Virus record (IMG/VR): IMGVR_UViG_3300017585_000161
Coordinates: 1 to 64,000 of that record
Length of the DNA: 64,000 nucleotides
Direction: 5' to 3' (one strand)
From: a virus
Lineage: Duplodnaviria; Caudoviricetes
In this document: one piece after another, positions 27,534-36,668 of the stretch
How the letters are laid out: each line of letters opens with the position of its first letter
Numbering within the stretch: position 1 is the first letter of the stretch
Made by a program: the position numbers and the translations under genes
The notes under the pieces: model-generated
Databases searched by the model: none
Seen by the model: only the letters and a program-made list of their open reading frames with translations
Told to the model about the DNA's origin: nothing

Positions 27534-27703
27534 AGTCCCGTCACGCGAAAGCGCAGCGGGACTCCTCTTGCGGGAAGACAAAGGGGGCAAGCCCTCATGA
27601 AAGAGAAGACAGGCGCGGTCTTCCGAGGGCAATCGCATAAACTCAGTCATAGAACATCGTGAACATAAAGAACTCTTGTCATCCCCCACGCGCCCTTCCC
27701 GCA
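27534..27703 (+). ncRNA. candidate pseudoknotted structured RNA directly upstream of the tRNA
   Basis: Five perfect helices plus a 6-bp loop pairing; TACCTTTG at 27485-27492; no credible ORF. Confidence 0.55.
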
Positions 27704-27708
27704 TTTCA

Positions 27709-27782
27709 GGCTGGTTAGCTTAACAGCATAAAGCGGCTCTCTCCTAAAGAGCAGACTATGGGTTGGACTCCCATACCGGCCA
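27709..27782 (+). tRNA. tRNA-Arg(CCT)
   Basis: Acceptor GGCTGGT/ACCGGCC+A; D arm GCTT/AAGC; anticodon arm GCTCT-CTCCTAA-AGAGC; T arm ATGGG-TTGGACT-CCCAT; no encoded CCA. Confidence 0.85.
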
Positions 27783-28058
27783 CGCTTTATTGATTCATAG
27801 TTTTAAATTTGTTTTAAAGGTTTTCATTTCTTTCAAAGAACATAGGTTTAGGTTGTTTTCAATGGTAACACCTCCTTTCCGCCCCATGTGAATGGCGCGT
27901 GAGAGGACTTCCGGACTTTCGCTTTATTGGGTCCGGAAGCCGGGGCCTCCCCCCTCCGCCGCAATCTCGGTTAGCGTTTTTTCCAACGGCGGAGAGGGGA
28001 CCGCCCCTTTATCTGTAGCGAACACGGTGCTCTGAGCGCCTTACATACATATATTTAT

Positions 28059-28346
28059 ATGACACAACAAAGAAAATGGACAGAAGCTGAAGACAGTAGG
28101 CTTCTCCGTCAGGTTAAGGCTTTCCCGCAAAACCTAACAAAGTGCTTCATGATTGTCGGCGAGGAGCTTGACCGCACTCCCAAAAGTGTGGCGGCCCACT
28201 GGTATCAGAACCTCTCGAAGAGGCCTGACTCCATAGCCTTCTTCACAGTCTCGGAGCACCATAAGTCATTCAACCGCAAGAACGGCAAGGGCATACCCTC
28301 CACAAAGACGGTGTTCCGCCGCATCCTGAGACTCTTGGGCTTTTAA
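28059..28346 (+). CDS. Myb/SANT-like HTH protein
   Basis: RKWTEAEDSRLL...RTPKSVAAHWY pattern. Confidence 0.7.
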   Translation: MTQQRKWTEAEDSRLLRQVKAFPQNLTKCFMIVGEELDRTPKSVAAHWYQNLSKRPDSIAFFTVSEHHKSFNRKNGKGIPSTKTVFRRILRLLGF

Positions 28347-28357
28347 ACTTATTAATC

Positions 28358-28504
28358 ATGGCAACAGTTCATTTCCAGCTGCCTGACGGCTGTGAGCAGG
28401 TCATCAACATGACCCAAGTGCCCAACGGGGAGATACAGCAGGTCTGCAACGCTATCAAGCATGACCTCCACGCCACCCGCTTTGACTACTTCATAGCCAG
28501 GTAA
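28358..28504 (+). CDS. 48-aa hypothetical protein
   Basis: MATVHFQLPDG...; fills the gap in the operon. Confidence 0.5.
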   Translation: MATVHFQLPDGCEQVINMTQVPNGEIQQVCNAIKHDLHATRFDYFIAR

Positions 28505-28529
28505 GCTCTCGTTTTTTAACATTCACACT

Positions 28530-28751
28530 ATGAGCGACAAAACATTTTTGCTCCTGCTCATATCCTTCGCCGTGCTGTGCAACCTGTACAGCCTCTACAG
28601 GAAGTACAGGCCGCACATAGCCACGGTAATCCTCCCATACAACCGCAGAAAGATTTTCTTCGAGTACTGGGAGCCTTACACGTGGCATGACAAGAACGGC
28701 AACAGGGTATGGTCGCGCAGGATTAAGCGCGTTTACCTGTTCACGTTATGA
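28530..28751 (+). CDS. small membrane protein
   Basis: N-terminal TM helix; ATGA overlap with the next gene. Confidence 0.6.
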   Translation: MSDKTFLLLLISFAVLCNLYSLYRKYRPHIATVILPYNRRKIFFEYWEPYTWHDKNGNRVWSRRIKRVYLFTL

Positions 28752-29002
28752 CAAGACAAGACCTTTTAGAACTTCTCCAGCTGTGGGACGGCAGGCTCGC
28801 CTCCTACAGGGAAGACCGCTCTGACTACGCCTCAGGCTACAGGGACGCCCTCCGGGAGTGCCTTGACGACATTCTCTGCGGAGAAGTCCCCGTGGAGCAG
28901 TCCCCTGACTTCCTTCCTCCTGACGAGACCAAGAGCTACGTTGAGAAGCAGGAGGCTGACAGATGGCTCTCATCCGTTGAAGCCCATGAAAGGACAGTAT
29001 AA
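28748..29002 (+). CDS. hypothetical protein
   Basis: 84-aa acidic ORF. Confidence 0.65.
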   Translation: MTRQDLLELLQLWDGRLASYREDRSDYASGYRDALRECLDDILCGEVPVEQSPDFLPPDETKSYVEKQEADRWLSSVEAHERTV

Positions 29003-29021
29003 ACAGTAATGAAAAGCATAT

Positions 29022-30224
29022 ATGACAAGACAAGATGTCTATACCTCGGCTCTTGAGAGCTTCAGGCGCAACAAGTGCGTGGCTCTTGAGCTGGCCACAG
29101 GCTTCGGCAAGTCAAAGATGGCCGTTGACCTCTGCAACACCCTGTGCTCCCGGAAGCCGCGCCTTAAAATCCTCCTCCTTGTGGCCAAGACGGTCCACAA
29201 GCAGAACTGGCTTGACGAAATCCGCAAGTGGGGAGGCTTCAAAAACTCCCCTGACCTCACTATTGAGTGCTACGAGTCTTTGAAGAAGCACGCCGGCGAG
29301 ACCTTTGACATAGCGGTGGCTGACGAGGCCCACCACCTCAAGTCAGAGCTTCGCCAAGACCTGTTCAAGACTCTCAAGATCAGGGAAAGGGTGCTGCTTC
29401 TCTCAGCCACGTTCCCCAAGTCCTTGAGGCTGTGGCTCAAGTTCTTCCTGCACGCCGACTTCATCAAGGCCTCCTTGCAGGATGCCATCACCGATGACGT
29501 GCTCCCTGAGCCTGAGATTATCCTCTTTCCCCTTGACCTTGACAACAAAGCCGAGACTCAAGTGGTTGAGATTAACCCCAAGGTCAAGGGGCAGGTCTTC
29601 ACAGGCAGTTACGCTGTTGACTACTGGAGGTTCAAGAAGCAGAAAGTCCACGCCAAGCTCCGCGCCACCAAGAGGCAGTACCTCCAGTGGATAAACAATG
29701 AGATTCTCTATTGCAAGAACTCCTGGGAGAGGACTCACTTTGAGGGAATGAAGTTCAAGTGGCTCCACCTCTGCGACCAGAGGCTCAAGTTCCTCGCCAA
29801 CTCCAAGAACGGCTTTGTCCAGAGGCTCCTTCATGTCCTGCGTGACAAGAGGACTCTCACCTTCTGCAAGTCCATAGAGCAGTCAGAGCTGCTCGGCAAG
29901 TACTGCATCCACTCGAAGAACAGCGACGCAGGGCTGCATCTGAACCTCTTTAACAAGGGGGCTATAAGCCACATTACCGCCTGCCAGGTCCTCAACGAGG
30001 GAGTCAACCTCACAGACTGCCAGTACGGCATCTTCGCCAACCTTAACGCCTCGGAGACGGTGCAGGTGCAGCGCACAGGCAGGCTCTTGAGGCACAAGCA
30101 TCCCGTAATCATCATCCCCTACTACAGGAACACCCGTGAGGAGGAGATTATGGAGAAGATGACCGAAGGCTATGACAAGAGCCTTGTCAGAACATGCCAA
30201 ACACTAAATGACATCATCAAATGA
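29022..30224 (+). CDS. superfamily 2 helicase
   Basis: ELATGFGKS, ADEAHH, LLSAT, QRTGRLLR motifs. Confidence 0.9.
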   Translation: MTRQDVYTSALESFRRNKCVALELATGFGKSKMAVDLCNTLCSRKPRLKILLLVAKTVHKQNWLDEIRKWGGFKNSPDLTIECYESLKKHAGETFDIAVADEAHHLKSELRQDLFKTLKIRERVLLLSATFPKSLRLWLKFFLHADFIKASLQDAITDDVLPEPEIILFPLDLDNKAETQVVEINPKVKGQVFTGSYAVDYWRFKKQKVHAKLRATKRQYLQWINNEILYCKNSWERTHFEGMKFKWLHLCDQRLKFLANSKNGFVQRLLHVLRDKRTLTFCKSIEQSELLGKYCIHSKNSDAGLHLNLFNKGAISHITACQVLNEGVNLTDCQYGIFANLNASETVQVQRTGRLLRHKHPVIIIPYYRNTREEEIMEKMTEGYDKSLVRTCQTLNDIIK

Positions 30225-30832
30225 AAATCACTATTGACGAAAAGCTCTGCACAAGGCATCATCTCACCCCCGCGCAGCTGCTGCTGCTCCTTTCCATAAG
30301 GGAGGGCAGCCTCGCGGGCACTGTTGATGAGCTTGTTGACAGGCAGGTCCTGGTCAAGACCGACACTGGCAACTATCTTGTTACCCAGCATTGGAACGAC
30401 GAGGTTGACGAGATTCTCGCTGACTCGGCGGGCCTTGCCACTGACGAGGAGTGGCTCGCAAGTCTCGCAAAGGACTTCGCGAAGACATTTCCGCAGGGCA
30501 AGATGCCCGGCACCGCGTATTATTACCGCTGCAACACCCGCGAGCTTGTCCTCAGGTTCAAGAAGTTCTTTGCCACGCACCCTGAGTACAAGCCCTCGGA
30601 CGCTGTCAGGAAGCGCATCATTGACGCGGCTAAGAGGTACAACCTTGAAAAGGACAATGACCCTAAGTTCAGGACGCTCTCAAAGTACTTCATCTTCAAG
30701 AACAAGCTCGTCACTGACGAGGACGGCTCTGGGCATTTTGAGGAGACCTCCCTTTTGGCTGACTATCTTCAGAACGAGGGGCAGGAGAACGCCGTCCCTG
30801 CGGACGACTGGTTCAATTTCACAAGAAACTAA
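30221..30832 (+). CDS. hypothetical replication-module protein (initiator/loader-like)
   Basis: HTH-like N-terminus; position between the two helicases. Confidence 0.6.
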   Translation: MKITIDEKLCTRHHLTPAQLLLLLSIREGSLAGTVDELVDRQVLVKTDTGNYLVTQHWNDEVDEILADSAGLATDEEWLASLAKDFAKTFPQGKMPGTAYYYRCNTRELVLRFKKFFATHPEYKPSDAVRKRIIDAAKRYNLEKDNDPKFRTLSKYFIFKNKLVTDEDGSGHFEETSLLADYLQNEGQENAVPADDWFNFTRN

Positions 30833-30843
30833 CTCTTTAGATT

Positions 30844-31329
30844 ATGGTTAATCACAAGTATTTCAACGAGTCGAAAATCAAGTGCAAGTTCACGGGCAAG
30901 TCCGTTGACATCTACGGGAGATGCACTGTCTGCGCTCTCTCAGGCGAGATTCTCGTGCCTGACTACCTGCCTGAGCCGGTGGTAAGCTGGGTGGTGAACC
31001 ATCCTTCGGCCAAGACGGGATTCGTAAGGGACAGCGATATTCCCTTGGGGTTCTCCCACGGGAAAGCGGTGTTCACTGTGAAGGCCAAAGCTGTGAGAAA
31101 CAAGAAGGACAAGCCTGACCATGACTTGGGTGTCCGTCTTGCCGAGAGCAGAGCCAAGAAGAAGGCCTACAACCTGTGCCGCACGCTGTGCGAGAAGATT
31201 GTTGCCTCCCTTGAGGACCAGTACAGGCAGTATAACGAAGGGTCGCGCAAGTTCTCGCGATTCATGGAGAAGGAGCTGGAGCGCCAGCAGCAGCTGCTTG
31301 GCAAGCCCCCTTACACAATACACATATAG
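30844..31329 (+). CDS. conserved phage protein
   Basis: LGVRLAESRAKKKAY motif; 161 aa. Confidence 0.7.
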   Translation: MVNHKYFNESKIKCKFTGKSVDIYGRCTVCALSGEILVPDYLPEPVVSWVVNHPSAKTGFVRDSDIPLGFSHGKAVFTVKAKAVRNKKDKPDHDLGVRLAESRAKKKAYNLCRTLCEKIVASLEDQYRQYNEGSRKFSRFMEKELERQQQLLGKPPYTIHI

Positions 31330-31341
31330 ACCGTACAGTTT

Positions 31342-32484
31342 ATGAGTTTGATTGACAGAGTGCTCAGCAACCTTGAGCAGAGGAGGAGGAGAGTCCTTGA
31401 GGGAGGCATAAACTGCATCCCCCTGCCCTTTCCCTCTTTCCGCAGGGACTTTCCCGGCATAGAGCAAGGCAAGTTTTACCTTGTGTCAGGCTCAAGCAAG
31501 GGAGGCAAGAGCCAGCTGACCAACTTCCTGTTCCTCTATACCCCAATCCTGTATGCCTACAACCATCCTGACCAGGTAAGGGTGCAGGTGTTCTATTACG
31601 CTTTGGAGGAAGCCGTGGAAAAGGTCACTCTCAGGTTCATGTCTTATCTCCTCTACACCATGTCAGACTTCAGAATCAGAATATCGCCATTGGACTTGCA
31701 GTCCGTAAACTCCAACAAGGCGGTGGATGAGAGGATATTGAAGATACTGCACAGCCTTGAGTACCAAAGCGTATTGAGGTTCTTCGAGGAACATGTGCAC
31801 TTCATGAGCGCGAGACATCCTACCGGATACTGGAAAGACCTTGACGGGTACGCTGCGGAAGCGGGGACAATCCACCGGAAGAACGTGGTGATAGAGAACA
31901 AGGAGACTGGCGTGAGGCAGGAAAGGGAAGTCTTTGACTATTATGAGCCGAAGGACAAGAACGAGTATGTAATATCCATTTGGGACCATGCGGGACTTAC
32001 GGCCAATGAGGCTAACAGCAGCATCAAGGACAAGAGCCTCAAGGGAGCCATAGACAAACTGACTGAATATCACATGATTGTTAGGAACAAGTATAATTAT
32101 ATCCCTGTCATGGTGATTCAGCAAAACTCCGAGACGTTAAGTCTTGACGCTTTCAAGTCCAATAAGATAAGACCCACCTTTAACGGCATTGCGGATTCCA
32201 AGGACCCTGGCAAGGCATGTTCAATGATGCTGGGTATCACCAATCCCTTCTCCTTTGAGCTGCCCCGCTATCCCAACACCTCCAACGGCTATGACATAAC
32301 CAAGCTGCGGGGCTACGCGAGGTTCCTGGAGGTGGTTCTCAACAGGGAGGGAGAGAGCAACGGCATGATCGGGCTGTACTTTGACGGCGCGACAAACTTC
32401 TTCACGCCTTTGCCTTCCCCCAATGACACCGTGAAGCTCCAGAAAGTCTATAACCTAATAGCCAGCCATAGCAGAGCTAACTGA
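31342..32484 (+). CDS. DnaB-like replicative helicase
   Basis: Walker A SGSSKGGKSQ, YALEE, ISIWDH, MVIQQ, EVVLNREG motifs. Confidence 0.85.
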   Translation: MSLIDRVLSNLEQRRRRVLEGGINCIPLPFPSFRRDFPGIEQGKFYLVSGSSKGGKSQLTNFLFLYTPILYAYNHPDQVRVQVFYYALEEAVEKVTLRFMSYLLYTMSDFRIRISPLDLQSVNSNKAVDERILKILHSLEYQSVLRFFEEHVHFMSARHPTGYWKDLDGYAAEAGTIHRKNVVIENKETGVRQEREVFDYYEPKDKNEYVISIWDHAGLTANEANSSIKDKSLKGAIDKLTEYHMIVRNKYNYIPVMVIQQNSETLSLDAFKSNKIRPTFNGIADSKDPGKACSMMLGITNPFSFELPRYPNTSNGYDITKLRGYARFLEVVLNREGESNGMIGLYFDGATNFFTPLPSPNDTVKLQKVYNLIASHSRAN

Positions 32485-32580
32485 GTCACTTCAATCTTTT
32501 AACTAACATCAAAACAACGTTCCGCCGGTGAGGGCATAGCTGTACCTTTGCGGCGGACACTGAAAAGAGTAGAAAAAATT

Positions 32581-33402
32581 ATGGCAAACATCGTACTGCC
32601 TACGGAACGTAGGAAAGCGCAGAATTACAACCCGAAGTTCATAATATTCTTCGGAAAGCCCAAGAGTGGCAAGTCATCCGTCATGGCCTCTCTTGACTCA
32701 AACCTCATCATTGACCTTGAGGACGGATACCGCGCCCTTGATGTCATGGTTCTTCAAGCCCATGACGTGAGCGCCCTGTTCAGCATAGAGAAGGCCATTG
32801 AGGAGAAGACAAAGGCTGACGGCAAGCAGCCTTACCGTTTCATCACCATTGACAACGCCACACGCCTTGAGGAGCTTGCCCTCCCTTATGCGGCTCATCT
32901 TTACAGGCAGTCTCCCATGGGGGCTGGCTGGGGCTTCCTCAAGGACAAGGTGGGGCTTCCCGTGAAGGACAAGAGCGGCAGGCCCGTCCCAGACCCCAAG
33001 GCTGACGTGAGGCAGCTTCCTAACGGAGCCGGCTATCTTTATCTCAGGCAGGCTGTGAGGAAGATGATAGACATGTTCAAGCCTCTCTGTGACACCCTCA
33101 TCCTTGTGGCTCATGTGAAAGACAAGCAAATCAAGAAGGACGGCGAGGAAATGTCGGAAATGGCGGTTGACCTCGCAGGCAAGCTCTCTGACATAATCTG
33201 CGGAGAGGCTGACGCCATAGGCTACATCTACCGTGACGGCAACAAGACCCTTGTCTCCTTTGAAGGCGGTGACAACACCATAAGGGAGGCGCGTCCCCTG
33301 CATCTCAGGGGAAAGAAGTTCGTCGTAGCCGAGTCTGACGCTGACAACAACCTCAAGGTTGACATGTCTCAGATATTCCTTGACACGGACAAGCAGAACT
33401 AA
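32581..33402 (+). CDS. AAA-family ATPase (AAA_24/Sak4-like)
   Basis: GKPKSGKS Walker A, IIDLEDG, ITIDNAT, LILVAHVK; TACCTTTG at 32543-32550. Confidence 0.85.
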   Translation: MANIVLPTERRKAQNYNPKFIIFFGKPKSGKSSVMASLDSNLIIDLEDGYRALDVMVLQAHDVSALFSIEKAIEEKTKADGKQPYRFITIDNATRLEELALPYAAHLYRQSPMGAGWGFLKDKVGLPVKDKSGRPVPDPKADVRQLPNGAGYLYLRQAVRKMIDMFKPLCDTLILVAHVKDKQIKKDGEEMSEMAVDLAGKLSDIICGEADAIGYIYRDGNKTLVSFEGGDNTIREARPLHLRGKKFVVAESDADNNLKVDMSQIFLDTDKQN

Positions 33403-33450
33403 TAACCATTAAAGACAATTCAGTTCAATAACATTTAATTTAAGGCAAAA

Positions 33451-33912
33451 ATGGAAAAGATTATCACAACCCGCCAGTGGGCCACAGTCAAGAGGATGGC
33501 CCAGAGTGTCCAACCCTTAGTGCAGAGGAAGCAGAGGCTCCAGAGCCAGATAGCAGGCATGATTGAGGAGTACAAGTCCCTCGACGTCCAGATCTCAGGC
33601 TTTGAGCAGGGCATCAAGGCTCTCTGCGGAGGACTCGGCACAGAGCAGCTTGTCTGCCGTGTGGTCACTCCTCTTGAGGGCAGGTTTGACAAGGACGGCA
33701 AACAGCTCAGGAAAGTCACATACGAGCCGAGCTCAAACGTGCGCTACAACGCTGAGGCCAACAACTACACCATCCTCATCCCTGAGCCTGGGGAGGAGCA
33801 GCCTTCGCAGCCTTCGGAAAACAACAATGAAGAGGCTGCAGCTGAAATCCCACAGGAAGGGCAGCCTTCAGAGGACAAAAATGACAACGGGTTAGAGTAT
33901 TCATTTAACTGA
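33451..33912 (+). CDS. hypothetical coiled-coil protein
   Basis: 153 aa with an acidic tail. Confidence 0.7.
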   Translation: MEKIITTRQWATVKRMAQSVQPLVQRKQRLQSQIAGMIEEYKSLDVQISGFEQGIKALCGGLGTEQLVCRVVTPLEGRFDKDGKQLRKVTYEPSSNVRYNAEANNYTILIPEPGEEQPSQPSENNNEEAAAEIPQEGQPSEDKNDNGLEYSFN

Positions 33913-33982
33913 TTACCATAACAGTTTGAATAACAGTGTTTTTACACTTAATTTATAAACAATTCTAAACATTTTAAGCAAC

Positions 33983-34876
33983 ATGCAAAGTTACAGTTTT
34001 CTTGCCATAGGCAAGACACATGAGTCCAAAGAGTCCTTTAACGGAAAGCGTTACATCGGAGTGGGTTCCTCTTACGTCATCGCGGTGAACCCTGACAAGG
34101 AGGAGCTTGAGCGGATTTTCGGCAATGAGCAGGCCAACGACCCTGTCTATGTGCAGGACGGCGCTGAAGTGCCCACAGTGCGCATTGACTTCATCGTCAA
34201 GACCGACCCTGAGCAGTGCGGAGGCGTTGAGGCCGTCAACCGCGCCACCTTCTTCCTTCATAACGAGCCTGCCTATAATAATGACAAGACAAAGGTGCAG
34301 GTCATTGACGAGTACGGCAACTCCACATGGGCTCTCGTCGAGGACGCGAAGATGGGCAAGCGCATACAGCGCAACGGAGTTGATGTCAAATTGGCTCCCA
34401 AGTACAGGATGGCCTGCCGTGGAGAGGCTGACCTCATCGACTTCCTCAAGAACTACCTGGGTGTGGAGGACGCCTTCAACTATGTCAACGGCTCATGGGT
34501 GATGAAGGACGGCAACCTTGATGACTACAAGTTCTTCCTTGAGAACCTCAAGGACTACTTCAAGGGCGATGTCTCTGAGCTCAAGGAGGCTCTGAAGCTC
34601 CAGCCTAACAACAAGATCAAGCTCCTTTATGGTGTCCGCACCACTGAGAACGGGCAGTATCAGACAGTATGCACCCGCAACGGCATGACGCTGCGCAACA
34701 ACGCGGGTTCCAAAGGCTTGGCTCGCCTGGAGAGGCAGATGGCTTCTCTCAGCTCGCAAAACACCGAGTATCGCGTATGCCCTCTTCAGGAGTATGTGAC
34801 AAGTTCCACTGACCTCAACGCTCCTGTGGAGGCTGCCTCAGCTGGCGCAGCATCTGAGGAGATGCCTTGGGACTGA
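33983..34876 (+). CDS. putative single-stranded DNA-binding protein
   Basis: Beta-rich; acidic EEMPWD C-terminal tail typical of SSBs; sits before the primase. Confidence 0.55.
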   Translation: MQSYSFLAIGKTHESKESFNGKRYIGVGSSYVIAVNPDKEELERIFGNEQANDPVYVQDGAEVPTVRIDFIVKTDPEQCGGVEAVNRATFFLHNEPAYNNDKTKVQVIDEYGNSTWALVEDAKMGKRIQRNGVDVKLAPKYRMACRGEADLIDFLKNYLGVEDAFNYVNGSWVMKDGNLDDYKFFLENLKDYFKGDVSELKEALKLQPNNKIKLLYGVRTTENGQYQTVCTRNGMTLRNNAGSKGLARLERQMASLSSQNTEYRVCPLQEYVTSSTDLNAPVEAASAGAASEEMPWD

Positions 34877-34927
34877 CCCTGTTCGCAGCTTACGGCCCAG
34901 CTGATGTCTTAACTTGCAGTTTCTCTT

Positions 34928-35926
34928 ATGATAGTGGGAAAGACCTCCGCGAATGTCACAGCCTCAGAGGTGTTCGGCAGATACTCCGAGACTGACGTGC
35001 TCTCATGTTACTTCAACATAAGGCAGCTCCCGTGCTGCATCAGCTCTCCCCTGAGGCAGGACAGGAACCCCTCCTTCAGCCTTTACCTCAACAGGAGCGG
35101 CAGGGTCAGGTACATTGACTTCGCCACTGACGAGCACGGAGACCTCATGGATTTGCTCTGCAAATGCTGGAACTGCTCCTTCACGCAGGCTTTGGACAGG
35201 ATTTACGGGGACATCATCGAGAGGTCCTCCCTTGTCCTGAAGCCCAAGACCGTCAGGACTTTCACCAAGCAGGAGCGTGACAGGCTCTCAAAATTAGAGG
35301 TCAAGGTCAGGCCGTGGCGGGACTACGACTTTGAGTACTGGCGGAGTTACGGCATAGCCCCCCAGTGGCTTGCCTACGCCGAGGTCTATCCTGTCTCCCA
35401 CAAGATTGTGACCAAGACTGACCCTGACACGGGGCGGAAGTCCCGCTATGTCTTCGCGGCTGACAAGCACGCATACGTCTTTGTGGAGAGGAAGGACAGG
35501 CGGCTGCAGCTTAAGCTCTACCAGCCATTCAACACCAAAGGCTTCAAGTGGTGCTCAAAGATGGACGGCTCTGTCATCTCCCTCTGGACCAAGATTCCGG
35601 AGAGCGGTGACAGGGTTGTCATCTGCTCCTCCCTGAAGGACGCCCTCTGCGTCACCGCGCAGCTTCGCGTTCCCGCCCTTGCCTTGCAGGGCGAGGGCTA
35701 CGGCATGTCTGACACTGCCGCCGGCGAGCTTCGGCGCAGATTCGGAAAGGTCTTCATATCCTTTGACACTGACAAGGCGGGTCTCGCTGACTCCAAGAGG
35801 CTTGCCGAGAGGACAGGCTTCGCGAGCGTGGTCCCCGATCTCGGCAAGGAAAAGGACTTCAGCGACTATTACAAGTCCCTCGCAGACAAAAAAGAATTTC
35901 TTAAACTTAAAACTTTGTTCAATTAA
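34928..35926 (+). CDS. DnaG-like (Toprim) primase
   Basis: CISSPLRQDRNPSF Zn-binding-like N-terminus; VICSSLKDAL and ISFDTDKAG Toprim motifs. Confidence 0.85.
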   Translation: MIVGKTSANVTASEVFGRYSETDVLSCYFNIRQLPCCISSPLRQDRNPSFSLYLNRSGRVRYIDFATDEHGDLMDLLCKCWNCSFTQALDRIYGDIIERSSLVLKPKTVRTFTKQERDRLSKLEVKVRPWRDYDFEYWRSYGIAPQWLAYAEVYPVSHKIVTKTDPDTGRKSRYVFAADKHAYVFVERKDRRLQLKLYQPFNTKGFKWCSKMDGSVISLWTKIPESGDRVVICSSLKDALCVTAQLRVPALALQGEGYGMSDTAAGELRRRFGKVFISFDTDKAGLADSKRLAERTGFASVVPDLGKEKDFSDYYKSLADKKEFLKLKTLFN

Positions 35927-35937
35927 ACGTTAAAATT

Positions 35938-36597
35938 ATGGACACGCAAAGAACCATTATGGTGGCTGACACCAAAACCCAGAAAAAGTACAAAATCACA
36001 ACCAACGCCTCCACTCTCGGAGAGCTCAAGCAGTGCCTCTCGGACAACGGCATTGACTACAGCGGGATGTCCTTCACTGAGGGCATAACCAAGACAACCC
36101 TTATGGATGACTCGGCGCAGCTTCCGACCAACATCCCTTACAAGGGAACGACCACCAACAACCTTGTCCTCCTGCTTACCAACACGCGCAAGAACATAGC
36201 CTCTGGCGCTATGGACAGGAAGGACGCTTACAGCTACATCAAGGACAACCTGCTGCAGGACAAGGTTGAGGAGGCTTTCGGACGCAACTTCACGCAAGTG
36301 AGCACGGCAGCCCTTGAGACTTTCATCAGCAATCACTGCGGGTCTGACGCCGCTTCGCCCTCGCATGAGGACTCTCAGAAGAAAGAGAGCGGCAGCTCTG
36401 AAGACACTAAGGAAATCAAGGCTTCCGTTGTGGAGATGAAGTCCCCTGGCATCAAGGACATCATCATTGACCTCTGCAAGCGGCTCGCTGACAAGGGTCT
36501 CCTCTCCGCCGATGACCTCGATGACATCGCTGACGAGGTTGGCTTCTATGAGGCTGACTCTGACTTTGACGTTGACAACATGGTGAAGGAGCTTTAG
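35938..36597 (+). CDS. putative ubiquitin-like (beta-grasp) domain protein with C-terminal extension
   Basis: Residues 1-90 show a beta-beta-alpha-beta pattern (TIMVAD, KYKITT, TLGELKQCL, LVLLLT) ending at NIASG; neighbours are E2/JAB/E1-like genes. Confidence 0.55.
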   Translation: MDTQRTIMVADTKTQKKYKITTNASTLGELKQCLSDNGIDYSGMSFTEGITKTTLMDDSAQLPTNIPYKGTTTNNLVLLLTNTRKNIASGAMDRKDAYSYIKDNLLQDKVEEAFGRNFTQVSTAALETFISNHCGSDAASPSHEDSQKKESGSSEDTKEIKASVVEMKSPGIKDIIIDLCKRLADKGLLSADDLDDIADEVGFYEADSDFDVDNMVKEL

Positions 36598-36618
36598 CCA
36601 TTTGCTCTTTCATCTCAC

Positions 36619-36661
36619 GGGAAACAGGAGGCGCTTCACCTCTTGTTTCCCTTATTTTTTT
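36619..36661 (+). terminator. intrinsic terminator after the Ubl gene
   Basis: GGGAAACAGGAGG/CCTCTTGTTTCCC 13-bp stem followed by TTATTTTTTT. Confidence 0.75.
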
Positions 36662-36668
36662 ACTCTAT

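Noticed and set aside
30844-32484. TAG readthrough fusing the 30844 gene to the DnaB-like helicase (same frame, four codons apart)
   Set aside because: In-frame adjacency occurs by chance one time in three, and the helicase has its own ATG.
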